From positions 3,936,001 through 4,000,000 of the forward strand of contig OZ244048.1 of assembly GCA_965215265.1 (NCBI GenBank): a stretch of 64,000 bases of DNA, given 5' to 3'. Under the pieces are notes generated by a model that searched no databases, was not told the DNA's origin, and worked only from the letters and a program-made list of their open reading frames with translations. This stretch comes from Candidatus Poribacteria bacterium (GTDB taxonomy: Bacteria; Poribacteria; WGA-4E; WGA-3G). Below are positions 10,870 to 21,601 of the stretch, one piece after another (the stretch's first letter is position 1; each line of letters begins with the position of its first letter). The translations under genes were made by a program, and so were the position numbers.

Positions 10870-13077
10870 ATGCAAGGTCGTAATACAAAACAACGTTCGC
10901 TGCACGCGTTCCTCATCGCATGCATTTTACATCTTTGTCTGATCATCGTTTCGACGCTCTCATTTTACATAAACAGTCAAAACCAGTTTGAAGATGTAAT
11001 CGCATTGGATTTGATAAATCAGAAGGAGCTTCAAAAGCCGCGCCGCACCCTCAAACAGCCCTTACGCAAACGCATAGTGATGCGTTCCGAATCTCTGAGT
11101 GAGGCACACCCACAGCATCTAAAGCGCACCGCTTCACCCAATTTAATAGACGAGACAGTGCGGCAATCAGAGAGAGAACTGCTACACAGTGCAACGAAAT
11201 CCATTTCAGATATGGAGACAACACTTCCAGAGGTAACAACTGAAGCACAGCCGTTCCAAACCCGAACGGTCACCATTCCTGAATCCGTGGGCAGCCCATT
11301 TGAAACCACCGACGGAGCAGGCGTAGACAGCTTCCGGCAACGTGTCAAAGGTGAAGGAGGCACCGGCTTTCATAAACTTGAATCCACCGGCACTTCAGAC
11401 ATCGGAACCGTCGGAGATGGCACCGGCAAGGACGGCTCCGGCGGCAGTGGCGAAAGTGATGGCACAAATCCGTTCGCCGAAGCACTCAAACGCATTGCCG
11501 ACCACATCATCGCCACACGAGAACGAGATAAAGTTAACGTCGTCTTTGTACTAGATACCAGCGCGAGTATGCGCGATAACATTCAGCAAGTCGCAGCAAA
11601 TCTTTATAGCATGACAGATGCATTCGATCATGTTAACCTAGAATATCACCTCGGAATGTCGGAGTTTAGTGTACGATACGAAGGACAAAACGTCCAAGTC
11701 CGATCGCTGTTACCTGATGTCGGCATGCTACGCCGTCGAATGCAGAAAACGACCATGAGCGGTGATGAGCACGCACTGGACGCGCTCATTGATACTCTCC
11801 ACTATATTGAGTTTCACGCAGATGCGGACAAGTATATCGTTCTTGTTACCGATGAACCGGCAACCACTTATTTCAAAAAAGATGGCACTTCTGAAAGGAT
11901 GCGCACCAAGGTTATCGATAGCTACCAACTTGAGGAAATCCGCGTTAACGTCCTCGGACATATCGAGCCGTTTCAGCACCAGTTAGCTGAAGAAACAGGC
12001 GGACTTTGGCAGCGAATCCCGGGCGATATCGGCAACGCTGCATCACTTCCAACCACTCGCGCCGCAAATGAAAGCTTTCTCAAAGTTTTTCGCGATATTG
12101 TCACGGACATCCGGCGAAACGGCGGCAGTCTACTGTTCAGCATGGAGTCAAAGTTTGAAATCCTCCTTGAAGATGGCGATATTCCAACGAAAAAACTGCT
12201 CCGCGAATTCCAGAAAAACGGTATTCGGTTAGGTAACCAGACACGCCTCTCTGAAAGTGCAACCGTTTGGGTGAAAAACGAGGGAGATCTCTGGATGATT
12301 ACCGACTACGCGAATCGACGCGTCTATACCATTCGCAAAACAGGAAACACATTGAACGTCTACGCCGGTATCTATCCCGAAAGCTGGAACCTCTCCGGAA
12401 GTCTCACTGCCATGTCACAACAACGGGGGAGTAGATGGCTCCTAAACGACTCGCAGCACCGCCGGATGTATACCATCCGAAGCGACAAAAATAGACTGAA
12501 TATTTATGCAGGTGCCGATCCGAGGGCATCTTCTAGTAATACAAGAAACAGTTTTGAGCCCGCGGTCGATATCGTTATTATGTTAGATTACAGCCGCAGC
12601 ATGGGCGGGAAATCCCAAGCAATTATGCTCGGGCTCAGCACGCTGATCGGCCGGTTGGACATTTTGCCCTTAAAGTATCGCATCGGGCTCATCCGTTTCG
12701 CAGAAGCCACAGATGCAATTAAGGTTATCAACGGTAATGTCATAACACAAATGCCGGTCAATGAATCCATGCTGGAAAGCCTCATGGAGGACCCTTTTGG
12801 TGGGGACGAGCATCTTATTGATGCGATCGTAGAAGCAGTGCCTAAGGTGAAATTTAGCCCTTATGCGAGCCGATTCCTCCTCATCTTAACAGATGAACCA
12901 ACCACCGGAAGTTATCCTGCGGAACGCGCAATAGAAGTTTGTCAGTCGTTAGGCATTCGCGCCTATGTTATCGGGCACCCGCAGCCAAACGATTTACAAA
13001 AAATGCTTGCTGAAAAAACCGGCGGACGTTTCTTCGAAATGCCTAAACATCTAAGGAAAGGGTATTCAAACCAATAA
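10870..13077 (+). CDS. Membrane-anchored protein with two VWA domains
   Basis: N-terminal TM helix, Gly-rich linker, MIDAS motifs VFVLDTSASM and IMLDYSRSM, each followed by TDEP and TGG motifs. Confidence 0.85.
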   Translation: MQGRNTKQRSLHAFLIACILHLCLIIVSTLSFYINSQNQFEDVIALDLINQKELQKPRRTLKQPLRKRIVMRSESLSEAHPQHLKRTASPNLIDETVRQSERELLHSATKSISDMETTLPEVTTEAQPFQTRTVTIPESVGSPFETTDGAGVDSFRQRVKGEGGTGFHKLESTGTSDIGTVGDGTGKDGSGGSGESDGTNPFAEALKRIADHIIATRERDKVNVVFVLDTSASMRDNIQQVAANLYSMTDAFDHVNLEYHLGMSEFSVRYEGQNVQVRSLLPDVGMLRRRMQKTTMSGDEHALDALIDTLHYIEFHADADKYIVLVTDEPATTYFKKDGTSERMRTKVIDSYQLEEIRVNVLGHIEPFQHQLAEETGGLWQRIPGDIGNAASLPTTRAANESFLKVFRDIVTDIRRNGGSLLFSMESKFEILLEDGDIPTKKLLREFQKNGIRLGNQTRLSESATVWVKNEGDLWMITDYANRRVYTIRKTGNTLNVYAGIYPESWNLSGSLTAMSQQRGSRWLLNDSQHRRMYTIRSDKNRLNIYAGADPRASSSNTRNSFEPAVDIVIMLDYSRSMGGKSQAIMLGLSTLIGRLDILPLKYRIGLIRFAEATDAIKVINGNVITQMPVNESMLESLMEDPFGGDEHLIDAIVEAVPKVKFSPYASRFLLILTDEPTTGSYPAERAIEVCQSLGIRAYVIGHPQPNDLQKMLAEKTGGRFFEMPKHLRKGYSNQ

Positions 13078-13147
13078 ATCAACTTTTCTACCGGACCCAG
13101 ACGTGAAATTCCGCAGAAATTTCTAAAATGAAAGGAATTAATGAACA

Positions 13148-13669
13148 ATGACAACGAGCTCTACGAGTACACAACAACATCGCGAAATGGCAGTTGAACA
13201 AGGCCCCGTAATGGTTGCCATTGTCACGGTGAGTGATACGCGTACCCCGGAAACCGACAAGAACGCTGCTTTTCTGCGTGAGCAATTGGCAGCCCAAGGC
13301 AACTCGGTCTGCGCCTATCAGATTATCAAAGATGAACCCGAGCAGGTTGCCGAGGTCTTGGATAAAATGGCAGAAAGCGATGCACGCGTTATCTTATTCA
13401 ACGGCGGGACCGGGATTGCACCGCGCGACACAACCTTTGACATCCTCAATAGAAAATTGGAAAAGACACTGCCCGGCTTTGGCGAACTGTTTCGTATGTT
13501 TAGTTACGAGCAGGTCGGCGCGGCGGCGATGCTTTCACGCGCAACAGCAGGCGTCTATCGCGGAAAAGTCGTCATATCCACACCCGGTTCCACCGCCGCC
13601 GTGCAGCTCGCATGGGAAAAATTGATTGGACCTGAACTCCAGCACTTGGCATGGGAAGTCGGACGCTAA
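13148..13669 (+). CDS. moaB: Molybdenum cofactor biosynthesis protein, MogA/MoaB family
   Basis: [41 protein letters not shown]. Confidence 0.9.
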   Translation: MTTSSTSTQQHREMAVEQGPVMVAIVTVSDTRTPETDKNAAFLREQLAAQGNSVCAYQIIKDEPEQVAEVLDKMAESDARVILFNGGTGIAPRDTTFDILNRKLEKTLPGFGELFRMFSYEQVGAAAMLSRATAGVYRGKVVISTPGSTAAVQLAWEKLIGPELQHLAWEVGR

Positions 13670-13770
13670 CCTAAAATTGAGATCGAAATTCAATTCCGCG
13701 ACTCTGAAAATCTCCATACAGAAACGACCGTCCTGAATAACCTCATCCCAAGAGAATTGAGGAGACATTG

Positions 13771-14670
13771 ATGAATATTCAATTTGAAGGAATTTTTACA
13801 CCCACAGTAACGCCGCTCGATGAGAAGGAACGCGTCGATGAAATCGGTTTTGTCAAGCAAATTAACCGTCTGATTGACAATGGTGTCCACGGAATTTATC
13901 TGTTAGGATCGTCCGGTGAATTTACGACGCTGACAAATACAGAGCGTGAACGGGCAATGGACATCGCAGCAAATGCCGTTGGCGGTAGAATACCGATTAT
14001 CTGTTGTGTTATGGATACAAGCACGCAACGCGTCATCCAAAACATTGCGCTCGCACAACAGTTCCGGGTAGATGCTGTCGCAGCAACACCGGGGTACTAC
14101 TACCCCTCTACAAGTGACGCAGATGTGATTGAATTTTATGAAACTATCGCTGCCAGTACTGACTTACCGGTGCTGATTTACAATATACCCTCAACCGTCA
14201 AAACGGCAGTGAAACCAGAGATAATCGTTGAACTCGCTGAACGGTGCCCTAACATCGTCGGAATGAAGGATAGCTCCGGCGATTGGACCAACTGCCTCAC
14301 TCTCTTAGCTCTGCTCGGACATAAACCTAATTTCTCCATTTTGCTCGGTTCGCACACCGCACTAGGTGCCGCGTTGCTCTTTGGTGCTGATGGCGGTGTT
14401 ATCTCCATCTCAAACGTTGCCCCCAAAGAATCTGTCGCACTCTACAACGCTGGAAAAGCACGCGATATTGATGAAGTCCACCGGTTACAAAAATGGTTGC
14501 TCAGGCTTAGCCAACTCTATCGCTACGGACAAGGTGTCAGTGGTATGAAGGCATGTCTGGAAATCCTCGGTGTCTGTCCAGCCTATACGACAAGCCCGCT
14601 CTTACCGCTTAGCGACGCGGCAAAAGCAGAACTTCGACAACTCCTAACAGATTTAGGACTGCATTCATGA
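13771..14670 (+). CDS. Dihydrodipicolinate synthase (DapA) family class I aldolase
   Basis: VTPL, GSSGEF, YNIP, Schiff-base GMKDSSGD, GADG; substrate uncertain. Confidence 0.85.
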   Translation: MNIQFEGIFTPTVTPLDEKERVDEIGFVKQINRLIDNGVHGIYLLGSSGEFTTLTNTERERAMDIAANAVGGRIPIICCVMDTSTQRVIQNIALAQQFRVDAVAATPGYYYPSTSDADVIEFYETIAASTDLPVLIYNIPSTVKTAVKPEIIVELAERCPNIVGMKDSSGDWTNCLTLLALLGHKPNFSILLGSHTALGAALLFGADGGVISISNVAPKESVALYNAGKARDIDEVHRLQKWLLRLSQLYRYGQGVSGMKACLEILGVCPAYTTSPLLPLSDAAKAELRQLLTDLGLHS

Positions 14671-15941
14671 TTGAGATATACCCGATTCGCAAACCGGTCA
14701 ATGCTACGATAACTGTGCCGGGCTCTAAAAGTTACACCAATCGGGCGTTGTTGGTTGCTGCGCTATCAAGTGGGGCATCTACTTTGACAGGCGCGCTCTT
14801 TAGCGATGATACGCACTATATGTGTAATGCACTGCGAAAATTGGGTATCCCTATTGAAGCGGATAAAACACAAGCAACCTTTCATGTCACCGGAAACGGG
14901 GGTGATATCCCAGTTGCGGGTGCCGAACTCTACATCGGCAACTCTGGGACTACGTCACGTTCACTCGTAAGTTATGTTACACTCGGACACGGAAAATTCG
15001 TCATTGATGGCGATGAGCCGATGCGGCGCGGCCGTCCCATAGCAGACTTATTGGATGCACTCCGGCAACTGGGGGTGTCCGTGCATTCACAATTGAACAG
15101 TGGCAACCTGCCTGTGCTCATTCAAGCCGATGGACTTGAGGGTGGTAAAACGCAGCTTGACGCGAGTAAAAGCAGCCAATTTTTGACTTCACTCCTCCTC
15201 ATCGCCCCTTATGCAAAAAATGGCATCCAAATTCAGGTGGTTGGTGAACTCAAAACTCCCTACATTGACATGACGTTATCTGTGATGAAAACGTTCGGTG
15301 TAACTGTTAACCATCACAACTACCGGCAATTCTACATCGACAAGGGGCAACAGTATCAACCACGAAACTATCAGATCGAACCGGATGCCTCCAGCGCCTC
15401 CTACTTCTTTGCCGCCGCTGCTATTACAGGTGGACGGGTCAAGGTTAAACACCTACACTTAGATTCTGCACAAGGAGATGTCCAATTTGTACGCGTGTTG
15501 GAAAAAATGGGATGTCAGGTTAACCCGACTACCGAGGGGATTGAGGTAATTGGACCCGCCGACCGGCTCCGAGGAATTGATGTGGATATGAAGCCAATAT
15601 CGGACACAGCACTGACGCTCGCCGCGATAGCTCCCTTTTCTGACAGCAGCGTAACTATCCGAAACATTGAACATACACGTTGGCAGGAAACAGACCGAAT
15701 CCATGCAATGGTGACAGAACTCCGGAAGTTAGGGGTGCCTGTGGTTGAGCATCGTGACGGGCTTGAAATTTCACCCGCGCCCATTACGCCCGCGGCAATC
15801 GATACGTATCGCGACCACCGTGTAGCAATGGCATTCGCGCTAATCGGCTTAAAAACGAGCGGAATTCAGATTAAGGATCCCGGATGTGTCAGTAAGACGT
15901 TTCCTCACTATTTTGAGGTGCTGCAGCAGCTCTACGTTTGA
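14667..15941 (+). CDS. aroA: 3-phosphoshikimate 1-carboxyvinyltransferase (EPSP synthase)
   Basis: PGSKSYTNRAL, GNSGT, RP, SSQFLTSLL, EPDASSASY, ETDRI, DHRVAMAF, CVSKTFP. Confidence 0.97.
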   Translation: MIEIYPIRKPVNATITVPGSKSYTNRALLVAALSSGASTLTGALFSDDTHYMCNALRKLGIPIEADKTQATFHVTGNGGDIPVAGAELYIGNSGTTSRSLVSYVTLGHGKFVIDGDEPMRRGRPIADLLDALRQLGVSVHSQLNSGNLPVLIQADGLEGGKTQLDASKSSQFLTSLLLIAPYAKNGIQIQVVGELKTPYIDMTLSVMKTFGVTVNHHNYRQFYIDKGQQYQPRNYQIEPDASSASYFFAAAAITGGRVKVKHLHLDSAQGDVQFVRVLEKMGCQVNPTTEGIEVIGPADRLRGIDVDMKPISDTALTLAAIAPFSDSSVTIRNIEHTRWQETDRIHAMVTELRKLGVPVVEHRDGLEISPAPITPAAIDTYRDHRVAMAFALIGLKTSGIQIKDPGCVSKTFPHYFEVLQQLYV

Positions 15942-15968
15942 GAATCCCGCGTTCTTGTAGGGCACGCC

Positions 15969-18900
15969 TTAAACATCAAAAACCTCATCAATCTCCGCCA
16001 TAACCTGCAGCGTCTCCGCAACGGCAACTAAAATTGCACAATACTGGCGGACCTCCGCATGACTTAACGTATCACCGCGCCTATCCTGCAGCCACTTTTT
16101 ACACACCTGATATGCACCTACCTCATATTCCCACACCGCCGCAGGCACATCTGTGAAATGCTGGGTAGCGTTAACCCAAACGTGTCCACCGTGATAGCGA
16201 ACCCTTGAGACAACGGCTTCGCCTTCTCCTTCAAACCGATGCCTCGGCACAACTTGCACGTCTTTTAGGAGATGCCAGTCTATCAACGTCTGCCCCAACG
16301 TGCTGAGTCTGCGGAAGTACTCAATATCCCGCGGCAACGGGATACGCGGGATAGCGTATTTCAGGAAGTCGTAATACCGCGCACGATAGGTAGGACTATA
16401 CAACACGGCGTAAATATAGGCGAGGATGTCCTCCGGCGAAATCCCTTCCGGGATGCCAAAGGGGCCCCTCTGCGAAATCCCTAACCTCTCTGAGAGCACC
16501 GTCAGGAAGTCTGGCCTTAGATTGAGCGAACGTTCTGTCTCAAGTTCCAATTCCTCTGGATGCGGATATAGGTAGAGCGGAAATACGTGTCCAGATTCGC
16601 TCCCTCTGTTTGAGATATAACACTTTTCAGTGAGTTTGTCGGTTACCAAAGCGTGTTGCCAGGCAGGCCCTGTGACAATGCGGCAAACGCAGAAGGCAAT
16701 GTTGTCCTGAAGTAGATGGTGCATAATCGCGGTACGAGGAGCACAATGAAAGCCGCGTGATTTTCCGGTGTAATAAGTCCAGCGTGTGTCATAGGGACGG
16801 TAGCGGATAGGTTCAATGTGTTGTGCAACGTCAGGATGGCTACGGAGATCCGCCTGGGCAAGGTGAACCTGCCAGTCTTGGCTATCCTTCCCCAATCTGT
16901 ATTTCTCGCGCGCGGCATCTTCAGAGAGTGAAACAACATCTGCTACAGTCTCGCGAACCGCTTCAGCAGTTCGATGAAGTGTTAGTTTATCCCGCCCGGT
17001 GACAAGTCCAACAGATGCCGTTTGAAAGATGTCGCTCATCTCCCAGCCTGCTTCGTACTCTACTCTCCGTTCGGTCGCTTGTGGCACAAAAAGATAGTAA
17101 GGAGATGTCGGTTGAAGTTCATGCCACTGCGTGGTTTGGACATTAGTTTCCGACAGCACGTCGTATTTTTCCGCTCGCGAGCCCCATATATCAGCATAAT
17201 AGACCTGTGCTGGTGCAAGATTGTCCCGTTCTTTGACACACAACAGAATGCAAACGCCCTGCAGTATGTCAAAGACGTTTTCATCTTTCTTACCCTCCGG
17301 TACGGCTTCTGTTCTTCTATTATTTCCGTGCAAGTTGAGGAGGTAGATGGCGTTGAAACTCGTCAACAAGCTCTGCCGCATGCCACGAAACATAAGACCA
17401 TCGAGAAAACTATTGTTGACAATATAACCGAGAATCCCTTCTCCGTTTTTATCAATTCTCCACTGTGCCCACCGGATAAACTTCACATAATCCGCTTGAA
17501 GTGCTTTTAAATTCCTATCATCAAGCGGTTGCCCATCTATCTGCTTGTAATCCTCAATGAGTTTCCCAATAAAAGTCAAGTTTCTGCCGACACGACTTGG
17601 ATTAGCAGAACTTCGTGGATAGGGTGGATTGCCGATGATGACAAGGAGCGGTTTATCCTGTTTCACTGAAACCGCCGCATTCGCCTCATCAGAGATGAAC
17701 CCTGCAAACGGTAAACGTTGGTCCCTTTCTATAGGTGCCTCTAAGGTATTGGTAAGATAGATACCGAGCCGTTCATCGGCGTGCCAACCTTGTGCCTGCA
17801 GAAACAGACTCAACTTCAGATGTGCGATCGTATAAGGGGCGACGAGCAGCTCAAACCCGAAGAGTCGTTTGACTAGCTGCGCGTTCACATACTGGTTCCA
17901 ATCTCCTGTGCCGTAATTCGTTGTAACATATTCACGGATGCGGTCCAGCACAGCCAACAGAAAGCCGCCGGTACCCATAGCGATATCGAGGATGAGTGCA
18001 TCCTCAGCCGCGAGCCCGTCCGGTTTGTTCAGTGCTGTCTTGAGCAGTTCATCAACAGAGCGGACGATGTAGGAGATAACCTGGGGCGGTGTATAGTAAA
18101 CACCGCGAGCCACGCGACGCTGCGGATCATACTCTGCGAGGAACGTCTCGTAGAAGTGGATAACAGGGTCTTCAAAATGGGTCCGGTTGGCAAAGGCAGT
18201 GCGGAGCATCTCTGTGGAGACGTTTCGGAGGAGAGTTGCGATGTCGTCCAAAATGTAGGTGACATCCTCCTCAAGATTGGGGGAGGCCACCTGATGGAAA
18301 AGCTGCCGGAGGAATGGATTTGATTGGGGGAGTGCACTGGCCGCGGTTTCGCGTGAGAAGTTCGTTGCATGAGGAAGGGTGCAGCGTGCAGCGAAAAGCC
18401 CATAAACAAGCGTTTGGGCATACATATCAGCGAAATCATCCTGTGTCAGTGTAGAAAGGAGCAGCTCCTTAAACGCTGAAAACATGCCGTAGATTTGACT
18501 ATTTTCATCAGTGAGCGTGGTTGCAAGCTGCGTTTGGAGCTCACGTGTGCGGCGCGCGAGGTGTTTTGCAAGTGCCTCCGGAGTGGCGATTTGCAAGGGC
18601 CCTGCGCTGAGAAACAGGTCCAATAGCGTTTCTAAGGCTTCATTGTCCTCTGCAGCACGTGCCGTTGCACGCAGCGTTGCATCCGTATACAACCGAAATT
18701 CAACGAAATTGGTGAGGATGAAGTTATCAAGGTTTTCAATAAACCGTGCATTCTGCGTCTCCGCATGTCCGGTGAGTGCATCAAGATCTCTGCCATAAGC
18801 CTCTGCTTCAATATAGCCAAGCGGCAGCGAACCCTCACGTACAATGAAATCTGGTCTTCCGATCTCATCCAGTTTTCTCGGTTCTTGTGTGAATCTTATG

Positions 18901-19046
18901 GTGTCTCTGTCGAAATAGTCTACCGCAAGGTCTTCAAGAAATGCTTGGAGGTGCGGAAAAAGAGACAGTTCAGGCGTTGCATCTGGGTTGGCTTGGGTGC
19001 GGTGTATCTCCTGTAGATAGCGGTTGCAGCGTGTTTGAAAATCCAT
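15969..19046 (-). CDS. Single-chain restriction-modification protein (nuclease-like N-terminus, N6-adenine MTase, Type ISP-like C-terminal specificity domain; no helicase)
   Basis: GRPDF...GYIEAE, FYETFLAEYD, GVYYTP, DIAMGTGGFL, GNPPY, DYVKFIRWA, YRPYD, IPRIP, VGAYQVCKKWL. Confidence 0.85.
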   Translation of the reverse strand: MDFQTRCNRYLQEIHRTQANPDATPELSLFPHLQAFLEDLAVDYFDRDTIRFTQEPRKLDEIGRPDFIVREGSLPLGYIEAEAYGRDLDALTGHAETQNARFIENLDNFILTNFVEFRLYTDATLRATARAAEDNEALETLLDLFLSAGPLQIATPEALAKHLARRTRELQTQLATTLTDENSQIYGMFSAFKELLLSTLTQDDFADMYAQTLVYGLFAARCTLPHATNFSRETAASALPQSNPFLRQLFHQVASPNLEEDVTYILDDIATLLRNVSTEMLRTAFANRTHFEDPVIHFYETFLAEYDPQRRVARGVYYTPPQVISYIVRSVDELLKTALNKPDGLAAEDALILDIAMGTGGFLLAVLDRIREYVTTNYGTGDWNQYVNAQLVKRLFGFELLVAPYTIAHLKLSLFLQAQGWHADERLGIYLTNTLEAPIERDQRLPFAGFISDEANAAVSVKQDKPLLVIIGNPPYPRSSANPSRVGRNLTFIGKLIEDYKQIDGQPLDDRNLKALQADYVKFIRWAQWRIDKNGEGILGYIVNNSFLDGLMFRGMRQSLLTSFNAIYLLNLHGNNRRTEAVPEGKKDENVFDILQGVCILLCVKERDNLAPAQVYYADIWGSRAEKYDVLSETNVQTTQWHELQPTSPYYLFVPQATERRVEYEAGWEMSDIFQTASVGLVTGRDKLTLHRTAEAVRETVADVVSLSEDAAREKYRLGKDSQDWQVHLAQADLRSHPDVAQHIEPIRYRPYDTRWTYYTGKSRGFHCAPRTAIMHHLLQDNIAFCVCRIVTGPAWQHALVTDKLTEKCYISNRGSESGHVFPLYLYPHPEELELETERSLNLRPDFLTVLSERLGISQRGPFGIPEGISPEDILAYIYAVLYSPTYRARYYDFLKYAIPRIPLPRDIEYFRRLSTLGQTLIDWHLLKDVQVVPRHRFEGEGEAVVSRVRYHGGHVWVNATQHFTDVPAAVWEYEVGAYQVCKKWLQDRRGDTLSHAEVRQYCAILVAVAETLQVMAEIDEVFDV

Positions 19047-19276
19047 TCTGTTATTTTTAGGTCCCTTCCTCTCTTTGTAGACGTGCTTTGATTCAGACAG
19101 GCTCCTGTCTCGAAACGGACCGAACTCATCTCTACACGCCGCAATTAAATAAAATCGTAATCCCTAGGTTTTTGTATTATATACGCTCTGAATTTTTAGT
19201 GCAAGCACTTTTGAGGGCTATGCGGAATATCTAGTGTCGCAAATTGGAGACTCAAATGTCCGTACACGTTTACCAT

Positions 19277-20698
19277 TTAATCGAACCTAAATTCCGTCCT
19301 GAATTCACCAAAAACGGCGAGCCCCCCACCATAAAACAACACCGCCAACGGAATCAGCACCCACACAGACAGATGCCCTTTCAACAGCACCAAACCGATA
19401 GCCATCACAGTTGAGAGAATGATAGCTTTGATAACAAAGTTGATATGAGTTAGCTTGGCAATCTGTTTTGAAATGTAACTGAAACCGACAACGAGGAGAA
19501 ATCCTTCACTGATAACCATTGATACCGCGGCACCAACGTGGCTGAAACGCGGAATCAATAAAAGATTCAGAACCAGGTTCAACAGTGCTGTTCCTGCCAT
19601 TAAAAATGAAAAGGCACGCCGCTTGTCTGCCGCCCGAAGCACTGTCAACACTACCGTCGTCAAGAAAATCAGTCCGCCTGATGCACTTAGCCATTGTAGC
19701 GCTATACTCACTTTACTAAGCGCATCCGGCAGATAAGTCGGAAACAACGCCGCAGTCATTTCGTAGGAGAGTGTTGCAAGCCCGACGGCAAAAGGGATAC
19801 CACTGAGCACCATCCACCGCACACCGAATGTATATGCAGCAGGAAACTGACTCGGTGCCCTCTCAAAAGTACGGGAGAGCACCGGAAACATCGCCCCCAT
19901 CAGGAACGCGCCCGGCAGAATCGTGAAAGCATTGACAATTGTATACGCTAAACCGTACCATGTATTCGCATCCACGCCATCCGGACTGAGTTTCGACAGC
20001 AGAATCGCGTCAATCCGAAAATAGAGAAGGTTGAAGAGGTTTCCAACCGCAAACGGGAGCGCCTGCTGCATCAACACTTTGACAATCTGTCGGTTCGGTT
20101 GGAAGCGGAGCCGGGTAAAGCGGGCTCGGGTAATCCCTACACTCAATATCAGATTGATAAAACTTGCTGTCAGCATCACTTGACAGACAGTCACGAGACT
20201 ATATCCCATCAGAATCGCGATGCCCCCGATAACCGCAAAAACGCCGCGCTCAGCGACCACGGTTAACGCTTCATATTTTATCTGCTCATGTGCGCGAAAA
20301 ACGCATCGATACAGCTGTGCAATGGAATTAACAATCTCTGCTAACCCTAAGAAGATTATCATCTGCACTATCACCGGTGCATAGCCTAGCTGCACGCCAC
20401 TGATTAGCATGATGGTATATGCCACGAGCGACAAGATAGCACGAACGATGAAGGCATTGCCGAGATAGTGCCGAGTTTGCGACAAATTCAACGTCATTTC
20501 ACGGATGAGCGGGTTTTGGAGCCCCAGCTCCGTGAGACTCGAGATGAGGTTCGTCAGCGCAATAGCAACAAAATAGCCACCGAGCTCACTCGCTCTGAAA
20601 TAACGCGGCATGAGCCAAATCGTTACCACAAGTGAACACAGGCGGCCGATAAAATGTGCACCGAAAAGGGTTGACGTATTCTCGAAAATGCGGTTCAT
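19277..20698 (-). CDS. Polysaccharide flippase (Wzx-like, MOP superfamily)
   Basis: Many TM helices; NTSTLF, ELGL...IRE, YFRIDAILL, LNLLLIPRFSHVGAA. Confidence 0.88.
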   Translation of the reverse strand: MNRIFENTSTLFGAHFIGRLCSLVVTIWLMPRYFRASELGGYFVAIALTNLISSLTELGLQNPLIREMTLNLSQTRHYLGNAFIVRAILSLVAYTIMLISGVQLGYAPVIVQMIIFLGLAEIVNSIAQLYRCVFRAHEQIKYEALTVVAERGVFAVIGGIAILMGYSLVTVCQVMLTASFINLILSVGITRARFTRLRFQPNRQIVKVLMQQALPFAVGNLFNLLYFRIDAILLSKLSPDGVDANTWYGLAYTIVNAFTILPGAFLMGAMFPVLSRTFERAPSQFPAAYTFGVRWMVLSGIPFAVGLATLSYEMTAALFPTYLPDALSKVSIALQWLSASGGLIFLTTVVLTVLRAADKRRAFSFLMAGTALLNLVLNLLLIPRFSHVGAAVSMVISEGFLLVVGFSYISKQIAKLTHINFVIKAIILSTVMAIGLVLLKGHLSVWVLIPLAVLFYGGGLAVFGEFRTEFRFD

Positions 20699-20862
20699 GT
20701 AACGGCTACGTTTTACCTCTCCGATTGTGTTCCGATTGTGTAGAAAACTATTACCGAATCTACGTTATAGTCGAGCGAGTTGTTCCAAGCTCAAGGCTCG
20801 GCCGGAAGGCTTTCCGAAAATGGTACAATGGTACAAGGCGAAGAAAAAGGCAGATTGCTCTG

Positions 20863-21543
20863 TCAATACAATCCGACCCTCACATAGTTCGGTACTAAGC
20901 TCCAGTAACTGTCGCTATCGCCGGTATGCAAACGTTGTGCCCCGATTTGGGCGACCGCGGCACCCCGCGGTACATTGAAAATTGCATCCGCCAAGTAGGC
21001 AGTTTTACCGAGTGTCTCTCGAACTGTCCCTCCGTACTTATCGAGTCCATCGCCAACGAAGATTGTTGTAGTCGTTTGGACTGGCATGTCCGCAAGGCGG
21101 GCTAAAAACGTTTCAATCGGGAGACACAGATCTTCGCTGAGACGTTTCCATGCTGCCCCACCGTGGAAAACAGCGGCGTAGATTTCACTTCTTCGGGCAT
21201 CAAGAACCGGGCAGATAAGACTGTCTGTCCACCGGCAGTTGTAAGCAATCGCTTCCAAAGTTGAAACGCCGACAATCGGCTTGTCAATTGCATAGCAGAA
21301 CGATTTAATCGTCGCAACCCCGATGCGGATGCCCGTAAAGGAGCCGGGACCGACACCGACGGCACAGCCGCTCAATTCCTCCGGAGTGATGTTGCCCCAC
21401 TTCAGAACGGTGTCAATCGCAGGCATTAATCTAGAGGAGTGCGCTCGCACAATATTAAGTGTATGCTCAGCGACCAGGTTGCCGCTATCTATTAAAGCAA
21501 CGCTTCCGATGGGCGTTGAAGTGTCAATACCGAGGATTTTCAT
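20863..21543 (-). CDS. tsaB: tRNA threonylcarbamoyladenosine biosynthesis protein TsaB
   Basis: MKILGIDTST, HSSRLMPAI, GPGSFTGIRIG, DARRSEIY, PNYVR. Confidence 0.95.
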   Translation of the reverse strand: MKILGIDTSTPIGSVALIDSGNLVAEHTLNIVRAHSSRLMPAIDTVLKWGNITPEELSGCAVGVGPGSFTGIRIGVATIKSFCYAIDKPIVGVSTLEAIAYNCRWTDSLICPVLDARRSEIYAAVFHGGAAWKRLSEDLCLPIETFLARLADMPVQTTTTIFVGDGLDKYGGTVRETLGKTAYLADAIFNVPRGAAVAQIGAQRLHTGDSDSYWSLVPNYVRVGLY

Positions 21544-21601
21544 GCTAATTCAACCAATAATTTCGAACCGTTATCTCGGTAACAGTCGCGTTTTTTTGGT
21601 C

